Assembly (NCBI GenBank): GCA_965209035.1
Contig: OZ242372.1
Location: forward strand, 608,001 to 672,000
Origin: Gammaproteobacteria bacterium
GTDB taxonomy: Bacteria > Pseudomonadota > Gammaproteobacteria > CBDBNL01 > JAAOII01
Length of the DNA stretch: 64,000 bases
Direction of reading: 5' to 3'
Shown one piece after another: positions 30,715 to 40,985 of the stretch. The position numbers and the translations under genes were made by a program. A model generated the notes under the pieces. That model made no database searches. It had not been told where the DNA came from and worked only from the letters and a program-made list of their open reading frames with translations. The first letter of the stretch is position 1; the number at the start of each line of letters is the position of its first letter.

Positions 30715-31800
30715 ATGCAAGAGGCTATTAATAACAATAACAACGGGAGGAACTCGCACCCCCTGCAACTCATTCTGCCCAGGCCCGACGACTGGCATGT
30801 GCATCTGCGCGAAGGTGACTTCTTGCCGCTGACACTTGCTTGCGCTGCGGCAAAGAAGTTTGGCAGATGTGTCGCCATGCCCAACTTAAAAAAACCGCTG
30901 ACTTCCGCCGAGCGTATCACCGAATATGCGGCCGCCGTCACAAGTAACATACCCAAAGACGCCGATATTCGGGTTCTATTGACTCTGTTTCTGACGGACG
31001 AAACAACCGCCGACCAAATAGATTCCGCAAAAAAGATCAACAATTTTTTTGCGGTTAAGTGGTACCCGGCAAACGCCACCACCAATTCGGCAAACGGCGT
31101 GCGAGATATCAAAAACGCCTACCCCGCACTGGCAAGAATGGAAGAGTTGGACATCCCGTTGTTGGTGCACGGCGAAACGGCGGGTGCCGGAGAGGATGTG
31201 TTTGATCGCGAATCTCTCTTCATAGAAAATACTTTGCCGCCGGTCAGATCCAAGTTTCCCGGATTGCGCATCACCATGGAACACATCAGCACCGCGGCCG
31301 CTGTTTCCTACATTCGGGATGCGGGGGCGAGAACCGCCGCCACCGTGACTCCCCAGCATTTAATGTTCAACCGAAACGATCTGCTGGGAGACGCAATTAA
31401 CCCGCATCTTTACTGTAAGCCCATCCTAAAAAGAGAAGCGGATCGCACGGCACTGCGCGAACTCATTGCCGACGGATTGGAACGTGTTTTTCTTGGCAGC
31501 GACTCCGCCCCTCATCCGAGTGCAAAAAAAGAGTCCGCCTGCGGCTGTGCCGGTGTGTTTAGCGCGCCCTGTCTGTTGGAAGCATACGCACAGGTGTTTG
31601 ACGAACTCGGCTGTTTGAATCGGTTGGAGAACTTTGCCTGTCGCAACGGCGCCGCTTTTTACGGTTATCCGATCTCCCGGGAGACCGTCCGTATGATAAA
31701 AGAAAGATGGCGGGTGCCCGAAGTTGTTCGGCACGGCAACATTGAATTGATCCCGATGGCGGCGGGACAGTATTTGGATTGGAAATTGGATCAGCATTAA
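30715..31800 (+). CDS. pyrC: Dihydroorotase
   Basis: PDDWHVHLREG, MPNL, KWYPANATTNS, EHIST, GSDSAPH. Confidence 0.97.
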   Translation: MQEAINNNNNGRNSHPLQLILPRPDDWHVHLREGDFLPLTLACAAAKKFGRCVAMPNLKKPLTSAERITEYAAAVTSNIPKDADIRVLLTLFLTDETTADQIDSAKKINNFFAVKWYPANATTNSANGVRDIKNAYPALARMEELDIPLLVHGETAGAGEDVFDRESLFIENTLPPVRSKFPGLRITMEHISTAAAVSYIRDAGARTAATVTPQHLMFNRNDLLGDAINPHLYCKPILKREADRTALRELIADGLERVFLGSDSAPHPSAKKESACGCAGVFSAPCLLEAYAQVFDELGCLNRLENFACRNGAAFYGYPISRETVRMIKERWRVPEVVRHGNIELIPMAAGQYLDWKLDQH

Positions 31801-31853
31801 TTTGTTTTAAGGAATTATTTTTTTAATGAAGCATTTAAGGAGGTATCATCATA

Positions 31854-32552
31854 ATGCGATATAAAAAAGCCCACCCGATATTTGGCAGGTTTCGCGGTTT
31901 TTTGCCGGTAGTCATTGATTTGGAAACCGGCGGCGTAGACGCGGAAAAGCATCCGATTTTGGAGATGGCCGCCGTTTTTTTAACGATGAATGAAAACGGC
32001 ATCCTGCTGCCGGAAGCGGAATTCTGCGAGCATGTAACCCCGTTTGAAGGAGCCGAAATAGACAAGGAGGCTTTGGAAATTAACCGCATTGACCCGGGGC
32101 ATCCTTTGCGCTTTGCCTTGACAGAGCAAGATGCGCTGGAAAGATTATTTAAGGCGACACGTACACACCTGGAAAAAAGCGATTGTAAACTCGCCTTTCT
32201 GGCCGGGCACAACGCCCATTTTGATTTGGGATTTCTACAAAAGGCGATTAAGCGATGCGACCTGCAAGAAGAAAGCCCCTTCCATCGTTTTTCCGTTTTG
32301 GATACTGTTTCGTTGTCCGCTCTGGCTTACGGGCAAACCATCCTTTCCATAGCCTGCGAGAAAAGCGGTCTGGGATTTAATGCCGAAGAAGCCCATTCGG
32401 CATTGTATGACGCCCATAAAACAGCCGAACTCATTTGTCATATTTGCAATCGTTGGCTGTATCTTGGCGGTTGGAACGAAAAAACGGGGATAACGGCGCC
32501 AAGACCTCCCGAAAAAGACAAAAAGAACCCGAATCCCGCCCGGAAAACTTAA
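31854..32552 (+). CDS. rnt: Ribonuclease T
   Basis: RFRGFLPVVIDLETGG, GHNAHFD, PFHRFS, AHSALYD. Confidence 0.96.
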   Translation: MRYKKAHPIFGRFRGFLPVVIDLETGGVDAEKHPILEMAAVFLTMNENGILLPEAEFCEHVTPFEGAEIDKEALEINRIDPGHPLRFALTEQDALERLFKATRTHLEKSDCKLAFLAGHNAHFDLGFLQKAIKRCDLQEESPFHRFSVLDTVSLSALAYGQTILSIACEKSGLGFNAEEAHSALYDAHKTAELICHICNRWLYLGGWNEKTGITAPRPPEKDKKNPNPARKT

Positions 32553-33661
32553 TCCCCGCGCTTTGCGTAGTCGCGCATAAAACGCACTAACTCCGCGACC
32601 GTCTCAACGGAAACGGCGTTATAGATGCTGGCGCGCATACCGCCGCGCACCCTGTGTCCCTTCAGATACAGAAATCCGGCCGCCCGGCTCTCCTCAAGAA
32701 AGCGCGTGCCCTCCTCCTCGCTCGGCAAATCAAAAACCGCGTTGGTCAGCGAGCGGCAGGATTTTGCAATCGGCGCGGTGTAAAACCCTTCGCTATTGTC
32801 TATGGCATCGTAAAGCATATCGGATTTTTGCCGACTCACCTCGCCGAGTGCGGCAACCCCGCCCTGTTCCAGCATCCAATCGCACATTAAATCGCACACA
32901 TAAAAAGCAAAGGTCACGGGGGTATTCAATAAGGAACCCACTTTGTGCTGTGCGGCATAGTGCAGCACGGACGGGCAAGGGGTACAAGTGGCATCATGGG
33001 CCAGAGCGGAACGCTCCAACAGATCTGCACGAATGAACACCAAAGTCAGCCCGGCAATCCCCATGTTCTTTTGGGCACACGCATAGGCGAGATCCCAACA
33101 CGAAAAATCAAGCGGGTAGGAGCCAATGCACGAAGAGATATCCGCAATCAAAGGCACACCGCCGACATCCGCTCGCTTCGGGATCTCGGGGAATGCCAAG
33201 CCGTCCACCGTCTCGTTATGGCAATAATGAAAATAAGCGGCGGCCGGATCCGTTCGCCATTCGGTCGGGGCGGCGATATCCCGGGGTTTCTTACCCGCAT
33301 CATGCGCGCTATTCACCTTCACATAGTTCTCCGCCAGTTGGGCGGCCTTGCGACTCCAATGGCCGTTAATCAAATAACCGGCACTTTCATAGCCGCCCGC
33401 CAGGTTAAGCGGGATTGCCGAAAATTGGGCGGTGGCGCCGCCGCTCATTGCAATCACTTCATAATCATCGGGCAATTGAAACAGGGCACGCAATTTTGCA
33501 AACAGATTTTCCGTTAATCGGACAAACTCCTTGCCGCGGTGACTGACCTCCGCCACGGAACTGCCGATACCGTTCCAATCCGGCAGTTCGGCCGCCATTC
33601 TTGCGATGACCTCAGTCGGCAAGGCGGCCGGACCCGCCGAAAAATTATGCAGCCTCGGCAT
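32549..33661 (-). CDS. serC: Phosphoserine aminotransferase
   Basis: NFSAGPAALP, HNETVDG, AQKNMG, LKGHR..GGMRASIYNA. Confidence 0.97.
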   Translation of the reverse strand: MPRLHNFSAGPAALPTEVIARMAAELPDWNGIGSSVAEVSHRGKEFVRLTENLFAKLRALFQLPDDYEVIAMSGGATAQFSAIPLNLAGGYESAGYLINGHWSRKAAQLAENYVKVNSAHDAGKKPRDIAAPTEWRTDPAAAYFHYCHNETVDGLAFPEIPKRADVGGVPLIADISSCIGSYPLDFSCWDLAYACAQKNMGIAGLTLVFIRADLLERSALAHDATCTPCPSVLHYAAQHKVGSLLNTPVTFAFYVCDLMCDWMLEQGGVAALGEVSRQKSDMLYDAIDNSEGFYTAPIAKSCRSLTNAVFDLPSEEEGTRFLEESRAAGFLYLKGHRVRGGMRASIYNAVSVETVAELVRFMRDYAKRGD

Positions 33662-33681
33662 ACGGGGTTAACTTCAGGACT

Positions 33682-35439
33682 TCAGGACTTCCGAACCTTC
33701 AGGTCGGCGAAATGGTTGGGGTCCGCAAGGATGCGCGCCAAAAAAGAAGTAAGCCGTGCGCCGTCCGCGCCATTAACCGCCCGATGATCATAAGACAATG
33801 CCAAAGGTAACAAAAAGCGACGCACCGGCATCTCCGTCTCATCCGGCCAAACAGGCCGCCAAACGGACTTGGATACTCCCAAGATCGCCACCTCCGGCGG
33901 GTTAATGATCGGCGTAAACTGAGTGCCACCCAAATTGCCCAGACTGGAAAGAGTGATGCAACCGCCTTGCATCTGCTCGCGCTTGAGTGTCTTTGCGCGC
34001 GCTTTCTTTGCCAGTTCCCCCGCCTCTTCGGCAAGTTCCCAAATACTCTTTTTATCCGCATCACGCAGTACCGGCACAACCAGGCCGTTCGGAGTATCCA
34101 CCGCCATACCCACATGACAGTATTTTTTATGCACAATTTGGTTGCCCTTGCCACTGCCGTTATTAATGACGGATACATTAAACTGCGGTAATTCCATAAG
34201 ACCCATCGCCAATGCCTTAATCAGAATAGGGACGGGTGTCAACTTCACACCGCGTTTTGTCGCCTCCGCCGCCAGGGACTTGCGCCGGACTTCCAGTTCC
34301 GTAATATCCGCATCCTCAAACTGGGTCACATGCGGAATATTCAACCAGGCACGCCGCATGTTTTCCGCGGTCAGTTTTTGGATGCGCGTCATCTCCTCCG
34401 ATTTCACCTCGCCGAACTGTGAAAAATCCGTGGCGGGAATTGCCGGCAGTGCCGCATCGTCGGTGCCTCCCGTCTTCAAGGCATTGCGGACAAATGCTTG
34501 GACATCCCCTTTGAGAATACGTCCCCTGATGCCGCTGCCGGCAACCCGGGCAAGTTCCACGCCGAATTCGCGCGCCAGTTTGCGCACGGAAGGTCCCGCA
34601 TAAAACTTCCCGCCGGACGAAACCCGCGGTGTTTCAAAATGCGCCGGCATCTGTGGCTGTGTTCCGCGTTGCGGTGTTGCGGTTGTCGGCGGCGGCGAAG
34701 CCGGGGCGACGGCTCCCGCCTGCGGAGACGCCCCGGATACAGAGGACACAGGAGACGCCGCGGCACTTACCACCGCGGCACGCATCATTGCAAACACATC
34801 GCCGCTTTTCACCTTATCCCCTTTTTTGCAGCGAACCTCCAAAATCTTGCCTCTGTGAGGAGCGGGGATTTCCATAGAAGCCTTGTCGCTTTCCAAAACA
34901 ATTAACACATCTTCGGCTGCCACCTCGTCTCCCTTTTTGAGATGCACTTCTATGATCTCAACCGCATCGTCTGTGCCAAGATCCGGAATCGTCACCTCAA
35001 TCGTTTTTTCTTTTTTCTCCTCTTGCTCCTGCCCCTCTTCGGGCCGGGCGGGTGTCGGAGCGGTTTGGGTCGTTTGGGTTGTTTCGGACTCTCTTTTTGC
35101 CGCCGCGCCGCCGGCATAGCCGGCCGGAGTTTCCGGTTCGGCGGTGTCGCCGGTCCCGCCGGTAACTTCCGCGGATTCAACCGACTGTGTCGCGCCTTCT
35201 TCGGTCAGTATTGCCCCGATGGTGTCGCCTTCCATTACCTTATCGCCCTGCTTCACTGTCAGTGCCTCCAGTTTTCCGGCAAACGGAGCCGGAATTTCCA
35301 TTGAAGCCTTGTCGTTTTCCAACACAATAAGGGCTTGATCCGCTGTCACGGATTCTCCCGCGGTGACAAGAATCTCTATGATCTCCACCGCATCGTCTGT
35401 GCCCAGTGCGGGAATGATAATCGGTTGACTTTTTGCCAA
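33682..35439 (-). CDS. aceF: Pyruvate dehydrogenase E2 (two lipoyl domains)
   Basis: Two DKASMEIP lipoyl motifs, AGPSVRKLARE, SYDHRAVNG. Confidence 0.96.
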   Translation of the reverse strand: MAKSQPIIIPALGTDDAVEIIEILVTAGESVTADQALIVLENDKASMEIPAPFAGKLEALTVKQGDKVMEGDTIGAILTEEGATQSVESAEVTGGTGDTAEPETPAGYAGGAAAKRESETTQTTQTAPTPARPEEGQEQEEKKEKTIEVTIPDLGTDDAVEIIEVHLKKGDEVAAEDVLIVLESDKASMEIPAPHRGKILEVRCKKGDKVKSGDVFAMMRAAVVSAAASPVSSVSGASPQAGAVAPASPPPTTATPQRGTQPQMPAHFETPRVSSGGKFYAGPSVRKLAREFGVELARVAGSGIRGRILKGDVQAFVRNALKTGGTDDAALPAIPATDFSQFGEVKSEEMTRIQKLTAENMRRAWLNIPHVTQFEDADITELEVRRKSLAAEATKRGVKLTPVPILIKALAMGLMELPQFNVSVINNGSGKGNQIVHKKYCHVGMAVDTPNGLVVPVLRDADKKSIWELAEEAGELAKKARAKTLKREQMQGGCITLSSLGNLGGTQFTPIINPPEVAILGVSKSVWRPVWPDETEMPVRRFLLPLALSYDHRAVNGADGARLTSFLARILADPNHFADLKVRKS

Positions 35440-35465
35440 GATAATTCCCTTAATTCCTTTGCTAA

Positions 35466-38180
35466 TTATTGATAAAGCGGGAAGTTTGCTTTGTTATCTA
35501 TTTTAAGTTTGCGTGCGGCCGCCTTCAAATCGGCACCCCCCAGTTTACCCTGTCGAAACAGCCCCAGGAGCGCATGATAAGCGATGTGGGCACTGTCCAC
35601 CCCGTAAAATCGTCTGAGCGCGGCGCGCGAGTCACTGCGTCCAAAACCGTCCGTCCCCAAACAATAGTAAGGTGCCCGGACAAACTTGCGTATCTGCTCC
35701 GGGTATAAGCGCACATAATCGGTTGCCGCCACAATGGGCGTGTCCTCGTCGTTAAGACAGGTTTCCACATAAGATACCTTTTGTTTGGTATGCGGATTGC
35801 GGTTATTGTGGTGCGCCGTTTCCTGCGCCTCTCGCGCCAATTCGTTAAAACTCGTCGCACTCCAAACCTCCGCACGCACGCCAAACTCTCGTCGTAATAA
35901 CTCCGCCGCCAAAATCGCCTCTGTTAAGATGCTGCCGCTGCCCAGCAGACGCACCGCAAGTTCTTTTCTGTTGCCTCCTTTTTGAGCGGGAACAGTCGAC
36001 AGGGGCAGTCTGTATAATCCTTTAATAATTTTTTCTTCTATGTCTTTTTCCGGCGGCAGGGCGGGATGCAAGTAATTCTCATTCATCGTTGTTAAGTAAT
36101 AAAAGACGCCGTCACCTTCCCCATACATTCGCCGAATACCGCGCAAGACGATGGCGGCAAGTTCGTAGGAAAAGGTCGGATCATAAGAAATACAATTTGG
36201 CACGGCGGAAGCGGCAAGTTGACTGTGTCCGTCCAGATGCTGCAGACCTTCGCCGGCAAGCGTTGTCCGCCCGGAGGTTGCCCCCACCAGAAAACCGCGC
36301 GCACGCATATCGCCGGCCGCCCAGATGAAATCACCCACACGCTGAAAACCGAACATAGAATAAAAAATATAAAAAGGAATTAACGGAAAGTTGTTGTTGT
36401 GAACCGAAGTTGCCGCAGCAATCCAGGCGGCAACGGAGCCGGCCTCGTTGATCCCTTCTTGCAGGATCTGACCTTTAATGTCTTCTTTGTAAAACATGAT
36501 CTGGTCCGCATCCTGCGGCACATATTTCTGTCCCACGGAAGAATAGATCCCCAACTGACGAAAGAGCCCCTCCATACCAAAGGTGCGCGCCTCGTCCGGC
36601 ACAATCGGCACCACCCGTTCTCCCACATCCTTGTCCCGACAAATCCCGGAAAGCATCCGCACAAATGCCATGGTTGTGGAGATCTCGCGGTCACCGCTGG
36701 ACTCCGACTGAGCGGAAAAAATATCCGCTTTGGGAGGCGGCAATAACTTAATCTTGGTTCGGCGCTGCGGCACATAGCCGCCGAGCACTTTTCTGCGTTC
36801 ATGCATATATTGCAAGAAATCGGTAGCCGCGGGCGGCTTGCAATAGGGCATCTTTTTGAGATCCTCATCCGGTACGGGGATGTTAAATCTGTCCCGGAAC
36901 TTCTTGAGTCCTTCTATGTCCAACTTTTTCAGCGAGTGGGCGATGTTGTCCGCCTCGCCCGGAGTGCCGTATCCTTTAATCGTCTTTGCCAGGATGACCG
37001 TCGGCTGCCCTTTGTGCGCCGCCGCCTTGGCATAAGCGGAATAAACCTTATGAATGTCATGCCCGCCTCGGTTGAGGCGATAGATATCCTCATCGCTCAT
37101 GTTTGCCACCAACTGCAACAATTCCGGATACTTGCCAAAAAAGTTGTCGCGCGTGTACTTGCCGCCCTTATTTTTGTAATTCTGGTACTCGCCGTCAACC
37201 ACTTCTTCCATTCGGCGCACCAGCAGTCCCCGTTCATCCCGGGCAAACAGATCGTCCCATCGGCGTCCCCAAATGACTTTGATGACATTCCAGCCGGCAC
37301 CGCGGAAAATACCTTCCAACTCCTGAATGATCAACCCGTTGCCGCGCACAGGACCGTCCAGCCTTTGCAAATTGCAGTTCACCACAAAGATCAGATTATC
37401 CAGTTTTTCGCGTCCCGCCAAAGAAAGACCGCCCAAAGATTCCGGTTCGTCGCTTTCGCCGTCTCCCATAAAGCACCAGACTTTTCTGTCTTTTGCCGGC
37501 AACATCTTGCGGTTATCCAGGTACTTCATCAACCTTGCCTGATACACCGCTTGCAGCGGCCCCAGCCCCATTGAAACCGTCGGGAACTCCCAATAGTCCG
37601 GCATCAACCAAGGATGCGGATACGAAGACAGACTATTCTTGTCCTTTAACAGTTTCGGTTTGTTGGCTTCCCGGCGAAAGTTATTCAGATGTGTTTCGCC
37701 GATGCGACCTTCCAAAAACGAACGCGCGTAAATACCGGGTGAAGAATGCCCTTGAAAGAAGATCATATCGCCGCCGCCTTCCGCATCGGGTCCCTTGAAG
37801 AAATGATTAAAGCCGACCTCGTAAAGAGTGGCGATGGAAGAAAAAGAGGAGATATGGCCGCCAATGCTCGCATCTTGAATATTGGCGCGATTTACCATGA
37901 TCATCGCGTTCCAGCGGATAAACGAGCGAATCCGCTCTTCCATGCCCAGGTCTCCCGGATAGGGAGGCTCTTCCTCGCGCGGGATCGTATTCACATAGGG
38001 GGTGTTTTTGGAAAAAGGCAGTTCTATGCCTTCCACGCTGGCCTTGCCGGCGAGCGCACGCAAAATGACCGTCGCACGCTCCTTCCCCGCATGCGTATAA
38101 ACATCCTCAAACGCCTCCAACCATTCGTTTAGTTCTTCGTCCGTTTGTCTCGGAGTCTGCTGTGTTTTGCTTTCACTCAT
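35466..38180 (-). CDS. aceE: Pyruvate dehydrogenase E1 (homodimeric)
   Basis: SSYPHPWLMP, GDGESDEPES, NCNLQRLDGPVRGN, PDEARTFGMEG. Confidence 0.98.
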   Translation of the reverse strand: MSESKTQQTPRQTDEELNEWLEAFEDVYTHAGKERATVILRALAGKASVEGIELPFSKNTPYVNTIPREEEPPYPGDLGMEERIRSFIRWNAMIMVNRANIQDASIGGHISSFSSIATLYEVGFNHFFKGPDAEGGGDMIFFQGHSSPGIYARSFLEGRIGETHLNNFRREANKPKLLKDKNSLSSYPHPWLMPDYWEFPTVSMGLGPLQAVYQARLMKYLDNRKMLPAKDRKVWCFMGDGESDEPESLGGLSLAGREKLDNLIFVVNCNLQRLDGPVRGNGLIIQELEGIFRGAGWNVIKVIWGRRWDDLFARDERGLLVRRMEEVVDGEYQNYKNKGGKYTRDNFFGKYPELLQLVANMSDEDIYRLNRGGHDIHKVYSAYAKAAAHKGQPTVILAKTIKGYGTPGEADNIAHSLKKLDIEGLKKFRDRFNIPVPDEDLKKMPYCKPPAATDFLQYMHERRKVLGGYVPQRRTKIKLLPPPKADIFSAQSESSGDREISTTMAFVRMLSGICRDKDVGERVVPIVPDEARTFGMEGLFRQLGIYSSVGQKYVPQDADQIMFYKEDIKGQILQEGINEAGSVAAWIAAATSVHNNNFPLIPFYIFYSMFGFQRVGDFIWAAGDMRARGFLVGATSGRTTLAGEGLQHLDGHSQLAASAVPNCISYDPTFSYELAAIVLRGIRRMYGEGDGVFYYLTTMNENYLHPALPPEKDIEEKIIKGLYRLPLSTVPAQKGGNRKELAVRLLGSGSILTEAILAAELLRREFGVRAEVWSATSFNELAREAQETAHHNNRNPHTKQKVSYVETCLNDEDTPIVAATDYVRLYPEQIRKFVRAPYYCLGTDGFGRSDSRAALRRFYGVDSAHIAYHALLGLFRQGKLGGADLKAAARKLKIDNKANFPLYQ

Positions 38181-38310
38181 ATTTGTATTTATTTTATACT
38201 ATCCAAAAGAAAACGAAAAGAAACCCAAAGAAAAAAAGATTAATAGCAGTCCCTTAATCCAAAACGCTCTCCCGGACGCTTCAATAATTTGTTAATGATT
38301 TGTTATTTTA

Positions 38311-38967
38311 TTAAAGTTCGTCCAATACTTTTTTCAATTCATCTATCGCGCATACTTTGGTATCCGAAGTGCATATGCTTCTAAGATTATCCATTTGTGT
38401 CATTCCCGCCCGGACGTTATGACCCCGATAATAGGGGCCGTCCGCTATCACAATAAACCTCCTTTTCGGGTTTTTGTTTCCCGGACACTGCCTGATAAAG
38501 TCCCGAAGAACTTTACATTGATTATCCTGCGAACCACCGGATTGATCCGTGTATTTATGCTTCGCATAAATTTCAAAATTTTTATATCTCCAATAAAAAT
38601 CAATTTTTAGGGCATCCGGATATCTTTTTGCCTCTTCTTGAGAAACCGGGTTTCCTCTCATCAAGTATAACTTCGTAGCCGGCAGATTACGAAAATCTCT
38701 GACGCCTTCCAATTTACAAATATAAGCGGCCGCAACCTTTTCGTGAATGCGTTGTTTGATCGGATTAATGGCAAAACATGCCGCCGCGACCTTATTGCTC
38801 CGGATAGAATCCCGGATTTCCGCCTCGGGTATGTTCCATTGCTGCGCAGCCTGCTCAATCTTAAAAAGAAGATCCTTATCTTTGGCATCCAATAAGTCGC
38901 GCACTGCCCGGATATTTTCCCGCCAACGCTTGGAAACTGCCTCCCGATAAATATTCTTTACAGGCAT
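38311..38967 (-). CDS. Putative restriction endonuclease
   Basis: IHEK...KIDF...KHKYT..SGGSQDNQ nuclease-like pattern; overlaps the upstream MTase; lower GC. Confidence 0.55.
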   Translation of the reverse strand: MPVKNIYREAVSKRWRENIRAVRDLLDAKDKDLLFKIEQAAQQWNIPEAEIRDSIRSNKVAAACFAINPIKQRIHEKVAAAYICKLEGVRDFRNLPATKLYLMRGNPVSQEEAKRYPDALKIDFYWRYKNFEIYAKHKYTDQSGGSQDNQCKVLRDFIRQCPGNKNPKRRFIVIADGPYYRGHNVRAGMTQMDNLRSICTSDTKVCAIDELKKVLDEL

Positions 38968-40013
38968 TCGGCAAGCAAATCCCTTGCGATGCGATATTCC
39001 ATACGCCGACGATATCTCCCGTCTTTGCGCAATCCCTTAAACACCGTAAGAAAAATATCGTGCGTATTGTGCCTTAGTTCGTGAATGCGCTCGTTTAGAC
39101 GCCGAATTAACTGGTCGGAAACATCCGTTCCGCCGATACGCGTGATAGCGCGAGAAGATGATTTAATCGGGTAACGCTCAAGTGCCTCTCCTCTGTGAAA
39201 GGCAATGGAAGCCTTGGCGGAATTGTCAATACCCACAAATCCCAAGTCGCCGTCCGGGACATTAAAACGAAAACGAAAACGAACGCTTTCCGCCCGGGCA
39301 TCTGTCGTGCCGGGCATGTGGGTTTCCAACTCCTTCAGGTTGCCGATGAACATATCGTCCATCTCCACCCGAGTATCCGCAACAGGCCCTTCGCCGAACA
39401 AGCCCAGACAGACAGGATTATCCGTATAAGAAAATAACTTCTTATGGATAAAGATAACGGACTCCAGTCTGTCGCGAAACAAGCCGGACTGAATAAACGA
39501 TGCCGGCATCAACGCTGCCACATAAGGGGAATGCCGCAAACACGACGCCAGACAATGTTTGTAAAGATCATCATATGTCGTCTCCGGGAAAGAAAGCCCC
39601 AACCTGGTGGCTCGGCTTTTGTAAAGCCACGGCGGATTGGTGACGCATACTTCGTATCCTTGCGGATAATCCAAGAGAGTGTCCCGTTGACGAACATCCG
39701 CCGATTGCGGATGCAGATCATAAGAATCGTAAGAATTACAATAGCCAAGCGATTGTAGCATTTCAATCAGGTTGTTGGACCCGGCAAAAGGCTCCAGAAT
39801 TTTTCGCTTGCATATGCGATGTTTGTGCGCCCAGGCAGCAAACCCGCGACAAGAAAAAGGATTATGTAACGCGGTATAGTAAATGCCGTAACTGCGCGTA
39901 TGCGAACGCGAATGCACAGTGAGTTTGCGCGCCGACGACGCATCATTGGCTGTTTTTTTTGCTGTTCTTTTAAAAGTCCTAAAAGCCCAAAGTGTTCCCG
40001 GTTGTAACCCCAT
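38958..40013 (-). CDS. Putative N6-adenine DNA methyltransferase
   Basis: GIYYT, ILEPFAGS (motif I), VTNPPW (motif IV), DLYKHCL. Confidence 0.8.
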   Translation of the reverse strand: MGLQPGTLWAFRTFKRTAKKTANDASSARKLTVHSRSHTRSYGIYYTALHNPFSCRGFAAWAHKHRICKRKILEPFAGSNNLIEMLQSLGYCNSYDSYDLHPQSADVRQRDTLLDYPQGYEVCVTNPPWLYKSRATRLGLSFPETTYDDLYKHCLASCLRHSPYVAALMPASFIQSGLFRDRLESVIFIHKKLFSYTDNPVCLGLFGEGPVADTRVEMDDMFIGNLKELETHMPGTTDARAESVRFRFRFNVPDGDLGFVGIDNSAKASIAFHRGEALERYPIKSSSRAITRIGGTDVSDQLIRRLNERIHELRHNTHDIFLTVFKGLRKDGRYRRRMEYRIARDLLAECL

Positions 40014-40063
40014 AGTGTTAATTTTTATTATACTTTTATTTACTTATTTATTCATTCCACATT

Positions 40064-40098
40064 CCAAGACCCAAGACCCAAGACCCAAGACCCAAGCC
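40064..40098. repeat. Heptamer simple sequence repeat (CCAAGAC)4 plus CCAAGCC
   Basis: Read directly, 51-85 bp upstream of the MTase start. Confidence 0.9.
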
Positions 40099-40151
40099 CC
40101 AACCGGTTGTTTTCTTGGCGTGTGTCCGCGGGTTCGGTTGCCTGCGGAAGG

Positions 40152-40985
40152 TTATCTTCTCCCGGCAAGCAGTTCTTCCAGGTGTTGCAGATCTTCGGGT
40201 CTGTCCACCCCGCCGGGTGATTCCTCGCGCGCAATCGCCACGCGCACGCAAGCACCGTGATGCAGGGCCCGCAGCTGCTCCAACCTCTCTGTCTTTTCCG
40301 CGAATGTCTCTTGCCAACGCACATACTTGTTTAGAAAGTCGAAACGATAGGCATAAATTCCAAGATGTCGCAGCCAGGCCCGGTCATCCCGGCCGGATCG
40401 ATTGCTCTGTTCCGCCGCCTCAGGCAAGTTCGTCTCGCGATCTGCGGCACTGGGAATCGGTGAGCGGCTGAAATACATCGCATGCTCTTTTTGATTGCAA
40501 ACCACCTTCACACAGTTTGGATCCGCCAATTCTCGCGCAGCGGCAATCGGCATCGCCAGGGTTGCCATGTCCGCTTCGCTGTCGCTTGCCAGTACCTCCG
40601 CCACCTGGCGAATATTTGCCGGCGGCAGCAGCGGCTCATCCCCTTGTACATTGATTAAAATCTCATTGGCATCCAACTTGAATGCTTTTGCCGCCGCATG
40701 CACCCTTTCGGTACCGGAACGCAACCCGGCAGAAGTCATCGCAACCGCCGCCCCCGCCCGACTTGCGAGTTCGGCAATACGTTCGTCATCCGTCGCGATC
40801 ACTACCCGCCCGGCGCGACTTGCCACAGCCGCCTCATATACCCATAACAGGATGGACTTGCCACGCAGACTTGCCAACATCTTGCCGGGGAAACGAGACG
40901 AAGCATATCTGGCGGGAATAATGACCGTAAAAGCGGGAGCATCGTGCATCTTCTTATTCTTTTCGCTCATGCTTAAAATTGCCAA
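40152..40985 (-). CDS. kdsB: CMP-KDO synthetase
   Basis: IIPARYASSRFPGKML, NVQGDEP, YFSRSPIP, ERLEQLR. Confidence 0.97.
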   Translation of the reverse strand: MAILSMSEKNKKMHDAPAFTVIIPARYASSRFPGKMLASLRGKSILLWVYEAAVASRAGRVVIATDDERIAELASRAGAAVAMTSAGLRSGTERVHAAAKAFKLDANEILINVQGDEPLLPPANIRQVAEVLASDSEADMATLAMPIAAARELADPNCVKVVCNQKEHAMYFSRSPIPSAADRETNLPEAAEQSNRSGRDDRAWLRHLGIYAYRFDFLNKYVRWQETFAEKTERLEQLRALHHGACVRVAIAREESPGGVDRPEDLQHLEELLAGRR

